This document shows, piece after piece, positions 40,162-49,798 of a stretch of DNA of 64,000 nucleotides. Position numbers and translations under genes: made by a program. The stretch spans positions 162,860 through 226,859 of the forward strand of contig CAVSOB010000010.1 of the NCBI GenBank assembly GCA_963729525.1. Direction: 5' to 3'. Below the pieces are notes generated by a model, which was not told the DNA's origin, searched no databases, and saw only the letters and a list, made by a program, of their open reading frames with translations. The stretch's first letter is position 1, and each line of letters opens with the position of its first letter. The stretch is from an uncultured Acidobacteriota bacterium (lineage in GTDB: Bacteria > Acidobacteriota > Terriglobia > Acidiferrales > UBA7541).

Positions 40162-42648
40162 ATGAGCCGGCAGCAAGCAGTCATCGAATCCGCTGCGCCA
40201 ACCGAGACCCAGGCGCGCGTCTGGGATGCGTTCCGCCGCTGGGGCTATCTTCAGGCGAATCTTGACCCTTTGGGTGATCTAAAGCCTGTCAATCTTCCCG
40301 AGCTCGCCATTTCAGGCCCGGATGCCGAAGCAGCGCGCAAGATCTATTGCGGCACAATCGGCGTCGAGTTTATGCACATCCCCGATCTTGAACGTCGCCG
40401 CTGGATCGAAGAACGCATGGAATCGGGGGCGCCCGCGTCAACACCGGACCAGAAAGCGATTCTCGATCGCCTCGTTCGCGCGGAAATTTTCGAACAGGTT
40501 CTGCAGACACGCTATCTCGGCACGAAACGGTATTCACTCGAAGGCGAAGCGGCGCTTCTGCCGCTCCTTGACGCGATCCTCAATGCGGCGTCAGGGCATG
40601 ACGCGCAGCAGGCCGTCCTGGCGATGAGCCATCGCGGCCGGCTCAACGTAATGGTGCACATCGTCGGCCGTCCGGCTGCAGAAGTTTTCGCGAAATTCGA
40701 AGATGTAGACCCGCGCAGCGTTCTCGGTGGCGGCGACGTGAAATATCACATCGGCGCAACGGGCGAATTTCGCGCAGCAAATGGCCGGAACATCGGAATT
40801 CATCTGGCATCGAATCCGAGCCACCTCGAAGCGGTAGATCCGGTGGCGGTCGGCCGCGCGCGCGCCAAGCAAACGCGTATCGGTAAAGATGGCGCGCAGG
40901 CGATCGTTCCGGTCATCATGCACGGCGACGCTGCATTCGCCGGGCAGGGAATCTGGGCCGAAACGCTCAACATGGCCGGCGTCGAAGGTTTCAACGTGGG
41001 CGGCTCGGTTCACATCATCGTCAACAATCTGATTGGCTTCACCACCGTGCCGCGCGAATCGCATTCCTCGCGTTTTTCATCGGATCTCAGCAAACGCCTG
41101 CCGATTCCGATTTTCCACGTAAATGCGGAAGACCCGGAGGCGGTGGCGCGCGTCGGTCGCATCGCGCTCGACTATCGCTATGCATTTGCCTCCCCGGTCG
41201 TCGTGGATCTGATCGGCTACCGCAAACATGGCCACAGCGAAGTGGACGATCCGACGATCACCCAGCCGCTGGGCTACAAGAAAATTCAGGCGCATCAGCC
41301 GCTCTGGCAAATTTACGCGCAAAAAATCGGTGTCGATGCCGAACCGATTGTCGAAAAAGTGCGCCAGGAACTTGACGCGGCGCAAAAAGAAGCCGAAGAA
41401 CTCGAGAAGAATCCGCCGATGCGCAAATTACCCGCGTATTGGGATACCTATCGCGGCGGACGTTACAACCCAACGCTCGAAGTCGACACGGGAGTTTCCG
41501 CGGCGGAATTGACCGCGACCGGCGAAGCGCTCGCAAGCTATCCGGATGGATTTCACATCCATCCGAAAGTTAAAAAGCTGCTCGAACAGCGTCTCGAAAT
41601 GGCCCGCGGCAAGCGTCCGCTCGATTTCGGTATGGCGGAAGCCCTGGCGTTCGGAACGCTACTGAAGCAGGGAACTCCGGTGCGCCTCAGCGGACAGGAC
41701 AGCAAGCGCGGTACCTTCAACCAGCGCCATGCGGCCCTGATCGATATCGAAAACGAACAAGAATTTATTCCCCTTCAGCACCTGGCGCCCGGCCAGGCGT
41801 TTTTTGAAGCCTACAATTCAACTTTGTCCGAAGCCTCCGTACTCGGCTTCGAATACGGCTTCAGTCGCGACTATCCCGAAGCGCTGGTCTTATGGGAAGC
41901 GCAGTTCGGCGATTTCGCGAACGGCGCGCAGATCATCATCGATCAGTTCATCGCGGCGGGTGAAGACAAGTGGAATCTGCTCTCGGGTGTTGTGCTGCTG
42001 CTGCCGCACGGATACGAAGGGCAGGGTCCGGAACATTCCAGCGCGCGCATCGAAAGATTTCTGCAGCTCGCCGCGCGCGACAATATTCAAATCTGTCAGC
42101 CGTCCACGGCCGCGCAATATTTTCATCTGCTGCGCCGGCAAGCGATGCGCGCGTGGCGCAAGCCGCTCGTCATCTTCACACCCAAGAGCATGTTGCGCAC
42201 GCCCGCTTCGTCATCTTCGCTGGCGGAGCTTTCAGCAGCGCGGTTCCGTCCCGTGATTCCCGACAGCGGAAATGGAAGCGCGACGCGCGTCCTGCTGTGC
42301 ACAGGAAAAATCGGCCATGAACTCGAAGCGGAAAGAACACGCCGGAAGGACGACTCGACTGCGATCGTTTTTCTCGAGCAGCTCTACCCGTTCCCCGAGG
42401 CCGAGCTAGCCGCCGAAATGGACAGGCACGCAAACGCCCGCGAATTCGTCTGGGCGCAGGAAGAACCGGCTAACATGGGCGCGCTGGCGTTCATGCTGCC
42501 GCGCCTCGAACGTCTCGCGCGTGGCCGCTCGGTGCGCTCGGTAAAACGTTCTGCGAGCGCGAGCCCTGCGACTGGCTCGCACAAAGCGCACGAGATGGAA
42601 CAAAGAACTCTTCTCACCGTCGCGTTCGCGAATCCCACAAGCAAATAA
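40162..42648 (+). CDS. sucA: 2-oxoglutarate dehydrogenase E1 component
   Basis: 828-aa full-length E1o-like sequence (RWGYLQANLDPLG, HRGRLNV, GDAAFAGQG, LLLPHGYEGQGPEHSS). GAGGA RBS, with a TATAAT at 40132-40137. Confidence 0.93.
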   Translation: MSRQQAVIESAAPTETQARVWDAFRRWGYLQANLDPLGDLKPVNLPELAISGPDAEAARKIYCGTIGVEFMHIPDLERRRWIEERMESGAPASTPDQKAILDRLVRAEIFEQVLQTRYLGTKRYSLEGEAALLPLLDAILNAASGHDAQQAVLAMSHRGRLNVMVHIVGRPAAEVFAKFEDVDPRSVLGGGDVKYHIGATGEFRAANGRNIGIHLASNPSHLEAVDPVAVGRARAKQTRIGKDGAQAIVPVIMHGDAAFAGQGIWAETLNMAGVEGFNVGGSVHIIVNNLIGFTTVPRESHSSRFSSDLSKRLPIPIFHVNAEDPEAVARVGRIALDYRYAFASPVVVDLIGYRKHGHSEVDDPTITQPLGYKKIQAHQPLWQIYAQKIGVDAEPIVEKVRQELDAAQKEAEELEKNPPMRKLPAYWDTYRGGRYNPTLEVDTGVSAAELTATGEALASYPDGFHIHPKVKKLLEQRLEMARGKRPLDFGMAEALAFGTLLKQGTPVRLSGQDSKRGTFNQRHAALIDIENEQEFIPLQHLAPGQAFFEAYNSTLSEASVLGFEYGFSRDYPEALVLWEAQFGDFANGAQIIIDQFIAAGEDKWNLLSGVVLLLPHGYEGQGPEHSSARIERFLQLAARDNIQICQPSTAAQYFHLLRRQAMRAWRKPLVIFTPKSMLRTPASSSSLAELSAARFRPVIPDSGNGSATRVLLCTGKIGHELEAERTRRKDDSTAIVFLEQLYPFPEAELAAEMDRHANAREFVWAQEEPANMGALAFMLPRLERLARGRSVRSVKRSASASPATGSHKAHEMEQRTLLTVAFANPTSK

Positions 42649-42712
42649 ATATTGCGCGCGAAATGATTCGTGGCTTCCGCGAAATGACGATTAACGCGGA
42701 CGCAACGATGTT

Positions 42713-43732
42713 CTACTTCCGAGAAATGATAAAGCTCTGCGGTCCGGGCGTCGCGCGCAATTCGTTCGACGAAAAACCCGCATTCCGGAACATGCGTTCG
42801 TACTCGGACATAGGATACGAATCGCCGGCACGCGTCGAGGCCAGCATGATCAAGCTGAAGCCCGCCGCAGTCGCGGGCGTAACACGATCTTCGTTCGGCA
42901 CAAACTCGACGGTGAACGCCCGGCCATTCGGCGCGAGCGCCGCATGCACCTTGCGCAGCAGCTTTTCAATCGTGGGCGGATCAAAGTGGTGCAGGAAGCC
43001 AGTGAGCAACACGAGATCGTAGCCCGATCCGAAATCCACCTCGAAGGCATTTCCCGGAATCGCGTGATAGCGCGAGTCAACCTTCGCAGCGCGCGCATTT
43101 TCTTTCGCCACTTCCAGCACGCTCGGCCAATCGACAGCGAATATTTCCGCATTGGGATTGTGCCGCGCGATGGTAACGCCGTAGACGCCGTGTCCCGCCG
43201 CGATATCCAGCACTTTCCATTTCTCGCCCGCGTCCGCGTTGACAGTCTTCGCGACGCCTTCGGCAACGGGCCTTTGCATCGCAGCCATCGAGCGGGCGAA
43301 CTCGATCCAGATGGGATTGTTCGCCTCGGTGGTGCCTCGGTCCTCCTGAAGCGAGCCGCCCTTGCGGACCACAGCCGTCAAGTCCTTGAACCGGTCGATC
43401 ATTTCGGGCGCCGTGACAAATCCTGCAATTGAGCCAATGTATGCGGGCGAGCGGCGATCCAGGAATGTCGCCGCATCGGGCGCGAGCGTGTACTTGTGAT
43501 CCTGCTTCGCAAGAAAACCAATGATGGTGAGATAGTCGCATAGTGTTCGCATGCCGCGTTCCGACGCGTGGCAGCGCCTTGCTAGCGCTGCGGCGGTATT
43601 TGCTCCTTCGCCGATTGCGGTAAAGACGTCGAGTTCGAGTCCGGTTTTCAGCGCCGCCGTCTTTTGGTAGGCGTTAAAGGTGTCAAAAATCCTTTCCGGA
43701 TTGGGTTGCGAATGCCCAGTTGGCGTAGCCAT
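42713..43732 (-). CDS. SAM-dependent O-methyltransferase (family 2, with N-terminal dimerisation/winged-helix domain)
   Basis: SAM motif KVLDIAAGHGVYG, with the N-terminal block LELDVFTAIGEG and a C-terminal family-2 OMT layout. Confidence 0.8.
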   Translation of the reverse strand: MATPTGHSQPNPERIFDTFNAYQKTAALKTGLELDVFTAIGEGANTAAALARRCHASERGMRTLCDYLTIIGFLAKQDHKYTLAPDAATFLDRRSPAYIGSIAGFVTAPEMIDRFKDLTAVVRKGGSLQEDRGTTEANNPIWIEFARSMAAMQRPVAEGVAKTVNADAGEKWKVLDIAAGHGVYGVTIARHNPNAEIFAVDWPSVLEVAKENARAAKVDSRYHAIPGNAFEVDFGSGYDLVLLTGFLHHFDPPTIEKLLRKVHAALAPNGRAFTVEFVPNEDRVTPATAAGFSLIMLASTRAGDSYPMSEYERMFRNAGFSSNELRATPGPQSFIISRK

Positions 43733-43912
43733 GATTCCTCCCGCTTGCTTATTTCGCGAACGTCGATGAGTTTGTAATCAAGCGTTATTCTCTCGCGATG
43801 CCGCGCCGAAGTGCAAATGCGAACCTTACACGTTCGTTTTGCAATTCTCACACTCACGCGGATCGTGGCTTGTATGAGCGAATCGCTCCGCCCTGCCGTT
43901 AGTTACGCTTCG

Positions 43913-43942
43913 TTGACTTGCGCTGCGCAGCGGCCATAAGAT
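43913..43942 (+). promoter_or_regulatory. Candidate promoter with an embedded 12-bp perfect palindrome
   Basis: TTGACT (43913-43918), 18 nt, then TAAGAT (43937-43942). The spacer contains CGCTGCGCAGCG (43921-43932). Confidence 0.35.
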
Positions 43943-43978
43943 GACGCGCAGCCGGTTTTGACCCGGCCCACGCCTCCC

Positions 43979-46900
43979 ATGAAAGCGCCCCTACCCGAAA
44001 ATGAAGCGGCGCGCCTCGAATCGCTCCACCGCTATGCAATTCTCGATACGCTGCCGGAGCAGGAGTTCGACGATCTCTCGCGCCTGGCTGCGTTGATCTG
44101 CGGGACGCCGATCGCACTCGTAAGTCTGGTTGACGAGAATCGCCAGTGGTTCAAGGCGAAGGTGGGAATCGAGGAGTCGGAGACGCCGCGCGACATCGCG
44201 TTCTGCGCGCACGCGATTCACATGTCCAACGTCATGGTGGTCCCTGACGCGCTTGCCGACGAACGTTTCCGCTCGAATCCGCTCGTCACCGGGAATCCGA
44301 ACGTCCGGTTTTACGCCGGCGCGCCGCTTCTCACGCCGGAAGGGTACGCGCTCGGCACGCTGTGCGTGGTCGACCGGGTACCGCGGGAACTCTCGGCAGA
44401 TCAACTCGAGGCATTGAAGGCGCTCAGCCGGCTGGTGGTGAATGAACTGGAATTGCGGCGCAGCGTCGCCGATCTTTCCAAGGCTGTTCGCGAGCGCCGG
44501 CTGGTGGAAGGTGAGCTCGACCAACTCTTCCATCTCTCGTCGGACCTTTTTTGTATCGCGGGATTCGACGGATATTTCAAACGCCTGAACCCATCGTGGG
44601 AACAGACGCTGGGGATTTCCAGAAAAGAGCTTCTTTCGCAGCCGTATATCGAATTCGTTCACCCTGACGATCGCGAAACTACACTCAAGGAATCCGAGAA
44701 AATCGCAGATGGAGCGGCGATATTTTCTTTCGAGAATCGCTTCCGCTGCGATGACGGCACGTATATCTGGCTGCTTTGGAATGCGACACCCAGCAGCGAC
44801 CAAAACCTAATTTTCGCGGTGGCGCGCGACATTACTCTTCGCAAGCGCGCTGAGCGGCGACTGGCGGTGGGCTACACACTGACGCGGATTTTGGCCGAAG
44901 CAGAAAACCTTGGCGCAGCGTCGCCGCTTATTTTGCGCACGATTTGTGAAGGCCTTGGCTGGGAGATGGGCGCTTTCTGGCGGTTGGACGAACTCGCGCA
45001 TGTCCTGCGCTGCGTCGATCTCTGGCATATGCCGGGCCAGGAATTTCCCGGCTTCGAGAGAGCTACGCGCGAACTCACATTCCGGCGGGGCGAAAGTCTG
45101 CCGGGACTCGTTTGGGAGACGGGTCAGGCCAAATGGGTTACCGATGTGCCGGAGCGGGAGAACTTTCCTCGAATCAAAGTCGCGAGAAGCGAGGGCTTGA
45201 ATTCAGGGTTTGCTTTTCCGATACGAATTGACGATCGAGTGGTGGGCGTCGTCGAATTCGTGAGCAGGGAGATCCGGACACACGAACCTGAATTGCTGGA
45301 GATGTTCGATTCGATCGGCAGCCAAATCGGCCAGTTCATGGAGCGGCGGCGTGCGGAGAGCGAGTTAAAACTGTACGCCGATTACCTGGAGGCAGCGCGA
45401 CTCGCGCAGGAGGCGGATGCGCGGCGGCTGGCACTGCTCGTTCATGAGTTGGAAATTGCCAAGGCCCGAGCGGAGGAGGCCACGCGCTCGAAGAGCGAGT
45501 TTCTGGCGAATATGAGCCACGAGATACGCACGCCGATGAACGCCGTAATCGGGATGACGGAATTGGCTCTCGACACGAAGCTGACGTCCCAGCAGCGCGA
45601 ATATCTAGTGACGGTTAAAAACTCCGCGGGTTCGCTTCTGAACCTGATTAACGACATATTGGATTTCTCGAAGGCAGAAGCCAAGAAGCTCGAACTCGAT
45701 CGGGTGGATTTTGTGCTGCGGGACATGCTGGAGGATACGCTGCGAGCTTTGGCTATCCGCGCGCAGCAGAAAGGACTCGAGTTGGCCTGTCATGTAGCGG
45801 CCGAAGTGCCCGACGTTCTGGCTGGTGATGCGGAACGGCTGCGCCGCATCGTCGTGAATCTGGTAGGAAACGCGATCAAATTTACGGAAAGCGGCGAAGT
45901 GGTTCTGAATGCGAGCGTGGAATCCAGAACGAATGAAAACGTGGTTCTACATTTCTCCGTGACAGACACAGGCATCGGAATCCCCCGGGAAAAACAGAAA
46001 GCAATTTTCGAGGCGTTTGCGCAAGGCGACGCCTCGACCACTCGAAAGTATGGAGGCACCGGGCTCGGCCTTTCGATTTCGTCGCAACTCTCGGAACTGA
46101 TGGGCGGCCGCATCTGGCTGGAGAGCGAACCCGGCCGAGGAAGCACATTTCATTTCACGGTGCGCCTGGGATTGCAGAGGTCTGCGACCAGCGAGCAACT
46201 GCCGGTGCCCGTGAAACTGCTCGCTCTTCCCGTGCTGGTGGTGGACGACAATTCTACAAGCCGCCAGATCCTCGAAGAGATGCTGACGAACTGGAAGATG
46301 AAACCAGTCGCTGCAGCGAGCGGTCGAGCGGCGCTCGAGGCGCTCAAGCACGCGCAGAAAAAGGGCGAACCGTTTCGACTTGTTCTGGCCGACGGACACA
46401 TGCCTGGGATGGATGGATTCGATCTTTCAGCGAGCGTGCATAAGGATTCGCGACTTCGTGGAGTGACGATTATCCTTTTGACCTTTGCGGGTCACCGCGA
46501 AGATCAAGCACGCGCGAAAAGCGTGGGCGCGGCAGCCGCTGTGACCAAACCAGTGAAGCAATCGGAATTGTGGGACGCAATCGTCACCGCATTGCACGTT
46601 CCAAGCCCACAGAAGAGACGACCATCCGCGGCGCGAAGCGTGGCGCGCGGCTCGCACCGGAGATTGCGGGTGCTGGTGGCGGAAGACAATCCCGTGAACC
46701 AGGAGTTGGTGTTGCATCTGTTGGAGCGTAGAGGACATTCGGCAATCGTCGCGGAGAACGGCAAGCAAGCGATCGCAGCACTCGAAAAACACAAATTCGA
46801 TCTGGTGGTGATGGACGTTCAGATGCCGGAAATGGGAGGCATCGAAGCAACCGAAGAAATTCGAAGAAAAGAAAAAAGTAATGGTGGCCACGTGCCAATT

Positions 46901-47461
46901 TTCGCGATGACGGCCCATGCGATGCCCGGCGATCGTGAGAGATGCCTCGCGGCGGGGATGGACGGGTACATTCCGAAACCGATTGACCCAAAATCGTTCG
47001 CGCAAATCATCGAAAGCGGCGTATCGCCCTCGGCAACGGCACCTGGACATAATGAAAAACCGTTGGATCAGGCAAAAGCTGATGGAGCCGTCGACGCACA
47101 AAAGCTCGTCGAGCGATTCGGCGGCAATCGAAAACTAATGCGATCTTTGATCGAAGCGTTCCGGCACGACTGTCCCAAGATGATGACAAAAATCCGAGGG
47201 GCTCTCTCCGCACGCGATGCGCGGGCCCTGGCGGAAGCGGCTCACGCGTTGAAAGGGTCGGTGGGAAACTTCGGGGCTTCGAGCGCCTTCGAAACAGCTC
47301 GGGAGATTGAAAAAAGCGGCCGAGAGGGTAAACTCGACGGCGCCTGGGAGCTCTACGCCACCCTGGAAGACGACCTTGCAGGGCTCTTGCCGGCACTGCA
47401 GTCTGCCGCCAATCCGAAGGGTGTGAAGGCTCGAGTTAAAAGGAAGGCGAGCGGGGCCTGA
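43979..47461 (+). CDS. Hybrid sensor histidine kinase: GAF-PAS-GAF-HisKA-HATPase-REC-REC-Hpt
   Basis: H-box SHEIRTPMNAVIG; N/G boxes NLVGNAIKFT, DTGIGI, GGTGLGLSIS; two receivers (LADGHMPGMDG; DLVVMDVQMPEMGG); Hpt motif HALKGSVGNFG. Confidence 0.9.
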   Translation: MKAPLPENEAARLESLHRYAILDTLPEQEFDDLSRLAALICGTPIALVSLVDENRQWFKAKVGIEESETPRDIAFCAHAIHMSNVMVVPDALADERFRSNPLVTGNPNVRFYAGAPLLTPEGYALGTLCVVDRVPRELSADQLEALKALSRLVVNELELRRSVADLSKAVRERRLVEGELDQLFHLSSDLFCIAGFDGYFKRLNPSWEQTLGISRKELLSQPYIEFVHPDDRETTLKESEKIADGAAIFSFENRFRCDDGTYIWLLWNATPSSDQNLIFAVARDITLRKRAERRLAVGYTLTRILAEAENLGAASPLILRTICEGLGWEMGAFWRLDELAHVLRCVDLWHMPGQEFPGFERATRELTFRRGESLPGLVWETGQAKWVTDVPERENFPRIKVARSEGLNSGFAFPIRIDDRVVGVVEFVSREIRTHEPELLEMFDSIGSQIGQFMERRRAESELKLYADYLEAARLAQEADARRLALLVHELEIAKARAEEATRSKSEFLANMSHEIRTPMNAVIGMTELALDTKLTSQQREYLVTVKNSAGSLLNLINDILDFSKAEAKKLELDRVDFVLRDMLEDTLRALAIRAQQKGLELACHVAAEVPDVLAGDAERLRRIVVNLVGNAIKFTESGEVVLNASVESRTNENVVLHFSVTDTGIGIPREKQKAIFEAFAQGDASTTRKYGGTGLGLSISSQLSELMGGRIWLESEPGRGSTFHFTVRLGLQRSATSEQLPVPVKLLALPVLVVDDNSTSRQILEEMLTNWKMKPVAAASGRAALEALKHAQKKGEPFRLVLADGHMPGMDGFDLSASVHKDSRLRGVTIILLTFAGHREDQARAKSVGAAAAVTKPVKQSELWDAIVTALHVPSPQKRRPSAARSVARGSHRRLRVLVAEDNPVNQELVLHLLERRGHSAIVAENGKQAIAALEKHKFDLVVMDVQMPEMGGIEATEEIRRKEKSNGGHVPIFAMTAHAMPGDRERCLAAGMDGYIPKPIDPKSFAQIIESGVSPSATAPGHNEKPLDQAKADGAVDAQKLVERFGGNRKLMRSLIEAFRHDCPKMMTKIRGALSARDARALAEAAHALKGSVGNFGASSAFETAREIEKSGREGKLDGAWELYATLEDDLAGLLPALQSAANPKGVKARVKRKASGA

Positions 47462-47500
47462 CGTCACCCATCGCCTGCATCATGTACCGCGGAGGAAACG

Positions 47501-48367
47501 ATGACGCGCATCCTTGTCGCTGATGACGACCGCACAACGCGCCTGCTCCTGACCGAAATTCTGCGCGGTGGGAAATATACTGTGGTGGCCGTTCCTGACG
47601 GTGCGGCCGCGCTGAAGAAGTTAAAAGAGGATAAGTTCGATCTGGCGCTGCTCGACGTGTGGATGCCCAAGAAAAACGGCCTGGAAGTTTTGTCAGCGCT
47701 GCGGAAGAGCAACAAGAAGCCAAAAGTGATCGTGATGACCTCCGACGACACACCCGAAACCCTCCTGAGCGCCATCCGCGAGGAAGCGTACCAATACGTA
47801 GCCAAGCCGATCGAACCGAGATCGCTGTTGGTGCTGGTACGGGAGACGCTTGCAAAAACATCGAAGACTTTGCCGATCGAAGTGATTTCCGCGCGACCCA
47901 CGTGGGTGGAACTCTCTGTGCCGTGTTCTCTCGAAGCGGCCGAGCGTATTGAAGCATTCATGTCGCACATGAAGGCAGGCTTGTCTGAAGAAGTGCAACG
48001 CTCCGTGGGCCAAGCGTTTCACGAGCTGCTGCTGAACGCTGTGGAATGGGGCGGAAAGCTGGACCCGAGCCGCAAGGTGCGCATTTCATATCTGCGGGGC
48101 AACCGGATGGTGCTGTACCGGATTGCGGACCCGGGGCCAGGATTTAAGTTTGCGGAGCTCCAGCACGCAGCAATTACCCATCGAGCCGACGAGCCAACGA
48201 AACATGACGAAGTGCGCCAGCAGAAAGGTTTGCGTCCCGGGGGATTTGGATTGCTGCTGGCAAAGGCGAATGTGGACGATCTGCTCTACAACGAAGCGCA
48301 AAACGAAGTCGTGTTCGTGAAGTATCTCGATGAAGAGGGTTCTGCGAAGCAGGAAGCCGCGAGCTAG
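47501..48367 (+). CDS. Response-regulator receiver fused to an RsbW/SpoIIAB-like HATPase domain
   Basis: REC: ILVADDD, DLALLDVWMPKKNG. C-terminal: ELLLNAVEWGG, ADPGPGF, GFGLLLAK. It lies 39 nt downstream of the hybrid kinase on the same strand. Confidence 0.8.
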   Translation: MTRILVADDDRTTRLLLTEILRGGKYTVVAVPDGAAALKKLKEDKFDLALLDVWMPKKNGLEVLSALRKSNKKPKVIVMTSDDTPETLLSAIREEAYQYVAKPIEPRSLLVLVRETLAKTSKTLPIEVISARPTWVELSVPCSLEAAERIEAFMSHMKAGLSEEVQRSVGQAFHELLLNAVEWGGKLDPSRKVRISYLRGNRMVLYRIADPGPGFKFAELQHAAITHRADEPTKHDEVRQQKGLRPGGFGLLLAKANVDDLLYNEAQNEVVFVKYLDEEGSAKQEAAS

Positions 48368-48443
48368 ATCACGGCGGCGGAACCCGATTGACGATCCATC
48401 GCGGCCCGTATACGATGGCTGCCGTTTCAGACGGAGGAGACTG

Positions 48444-48644
48444 ATGAAGAAGAAGAACAAATTGTTGAACGAAGCGGCGGAAAAAATCGGCACCGCGATG
48501 GGCAAGGCCAACCGCACCGCGCACAAAGTGGCGAAGGCGGGTGTGCTGGCGAAGAAAGAGCTCGAGGACATCTCGAAGCAGGTGGAGTCGCTCAAGAAGC
48601 AGCTGCAGAAGACGACGAAGCGCTTACGAAAAGCTCTGGCTTAG
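48444..48644 (+). CDS. Small Lys-rich coiled-coil protein (hypothetical)
   Basis: The ATG at 48444 is preceded by GGAGGA. 66-aa product MKKKNKLLNEAAEKIG...QVESLKKQLQKTTKRLRKALA. Confidence 0.5.
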   Translation: MKKKNKLLNEAAEKIGTAMGKANRTAHKVAKAGVLAKKELEDISKQVESLKKQLQKTTKRLRKALA

Positions 48645-48679
48645 GCTTCCCGATTTCGCGCTCAAGTGGGGCTTGCTGT

Positions 48680-49513
48680 TCAGCTCGCCTTGCGCGACTT
48701 CTTCTGCTTTTCGCTGGCTTTCGGCACGGCGCGCAATAACGCTTTCCTTGCCGGTTCGGCCGAGAGGCTTTTCTTCAGCGCCGACATCAAATCCGGAACG
48801 TTTTCACGTTTGGCGCGCGGCATTACCGTCAGTTTCTTACCGTGGGCTTTCGCTTCAATCAGTTTTTCCAATTCCTGCTGATAGGTGTCTGAATACTGAT
48901 CGGGATTGAAGGATTCCGCGAGCGTTTCAATCAACTGCATTGCGAGCTTGGATTCCGCCGGCTTCAACTCCGCCTGATTCGGCTTGGCATTTTCGGCTAT
49001 CGCTCGAATTTCATTTTTATAGAACATGGTGTGAAGCGTGAAACCGCTGTCACGAGCACGGATGATGACGATATTTTCGCGTCCGTGCATGGTGACCTTT
49101 GCGACTCCTGAGTAACCGGTTTTGCGCATCGCGTCGAGCAGCAGGTTGTAGGCTCTCACGCCGCCTTCGCCCGGCTCCGCATAATAAGAGCTATCGAAAT
49201 AAACCGGATCGATTTCCTCCGCTTTCACGAAACTCAGAATCTCCATCGTCTGAGCGGACTCGGGCTCGATTTCTTCGAGCTCCTGTTTCGTGAACATTAG
49301 ATACTGATCCTTCTCGTATTCGTAGCCCTTTTCAATTTCCGAGCGGTCAACGAATTTTTCACAGGTTGGGCAATAGGTGGGCTGCTTGATGCGCGTGTGG
49401 CACACGGAGTGAAGCTGATTGAAGCTAATTCGTTCGGACCGAGCAGCCGGCGTCAGTTGAATTGGAATGGAGACCATCCCGAATGTGAGAAAACCCTTCC
49501 AGGTTGCGGCCAT
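48680..49513 (-). CDS. ku: Ku protein (NHEJ DNA end-binding)
   Basis: MAATWKGFLTFGMVSIPIQLTPAARSERISFNQLH... is the typical bacterial Ku N-terminus, with a basic C-terminal tail. Confidence 0.9.
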   Translation of the reverse strand: MAATWKGFLTFGMVSIPIQLTPAARSERISFNQLHSVCHTRIKQPTYCPTCEKFVDRSEIEKGYEYEKDQYLMFTKQELEEIEPESAQTMEILSFVKAEEIDPVYFDSSYYAEPGEGGVRAYNLLLDAMRKTGYSGVAKVTMHGRENIVIIRARDSGFTLHTMFYKNEIRAIAENAKPNQAELKPAESKLAMQLIETLAESFNPDQYSDTYQQELEKLIEAKAHGKKLTVMPRAKRENVPDLMSALKKSLSAEPARKALLRAVPKASEKQKKSRKAS

Positions 49514-49798
49514 CGTACCCCTCCGACGGAAGGAGCCAATCATACACTCGGTTGCCGCCAAGCTCGCATCGAATGCTCGCGGTATAACCAGGCGGTTAAG
49601 GGCGAAGAAAAAGCGAAGCCGCGAGGAATGGCTAGTCGTCCGAGGCATTCGCGGGGCTGGAGAATCTGCGTAGGCAACTTGAAAGCAAGTCCAGCATTCA
49701 CATGTTTGAAGGGCGTCCTTACCAGCACCGGCGTGGAAACCCCTTGATTGACAGGACTGGTGGGGCTAGGCATAGTATTTGACGGGGTTATCTCTCTT

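Noticed and set aside
39668-40165. 165-aa ORF, and 39616-39834 (72 aa), in the sucA upstream gap
   Set aside because: Neither has an RBS. Both read through an intrinsic terminator and a purine tract, and both are low-complexity. I treat the region as non-coding.
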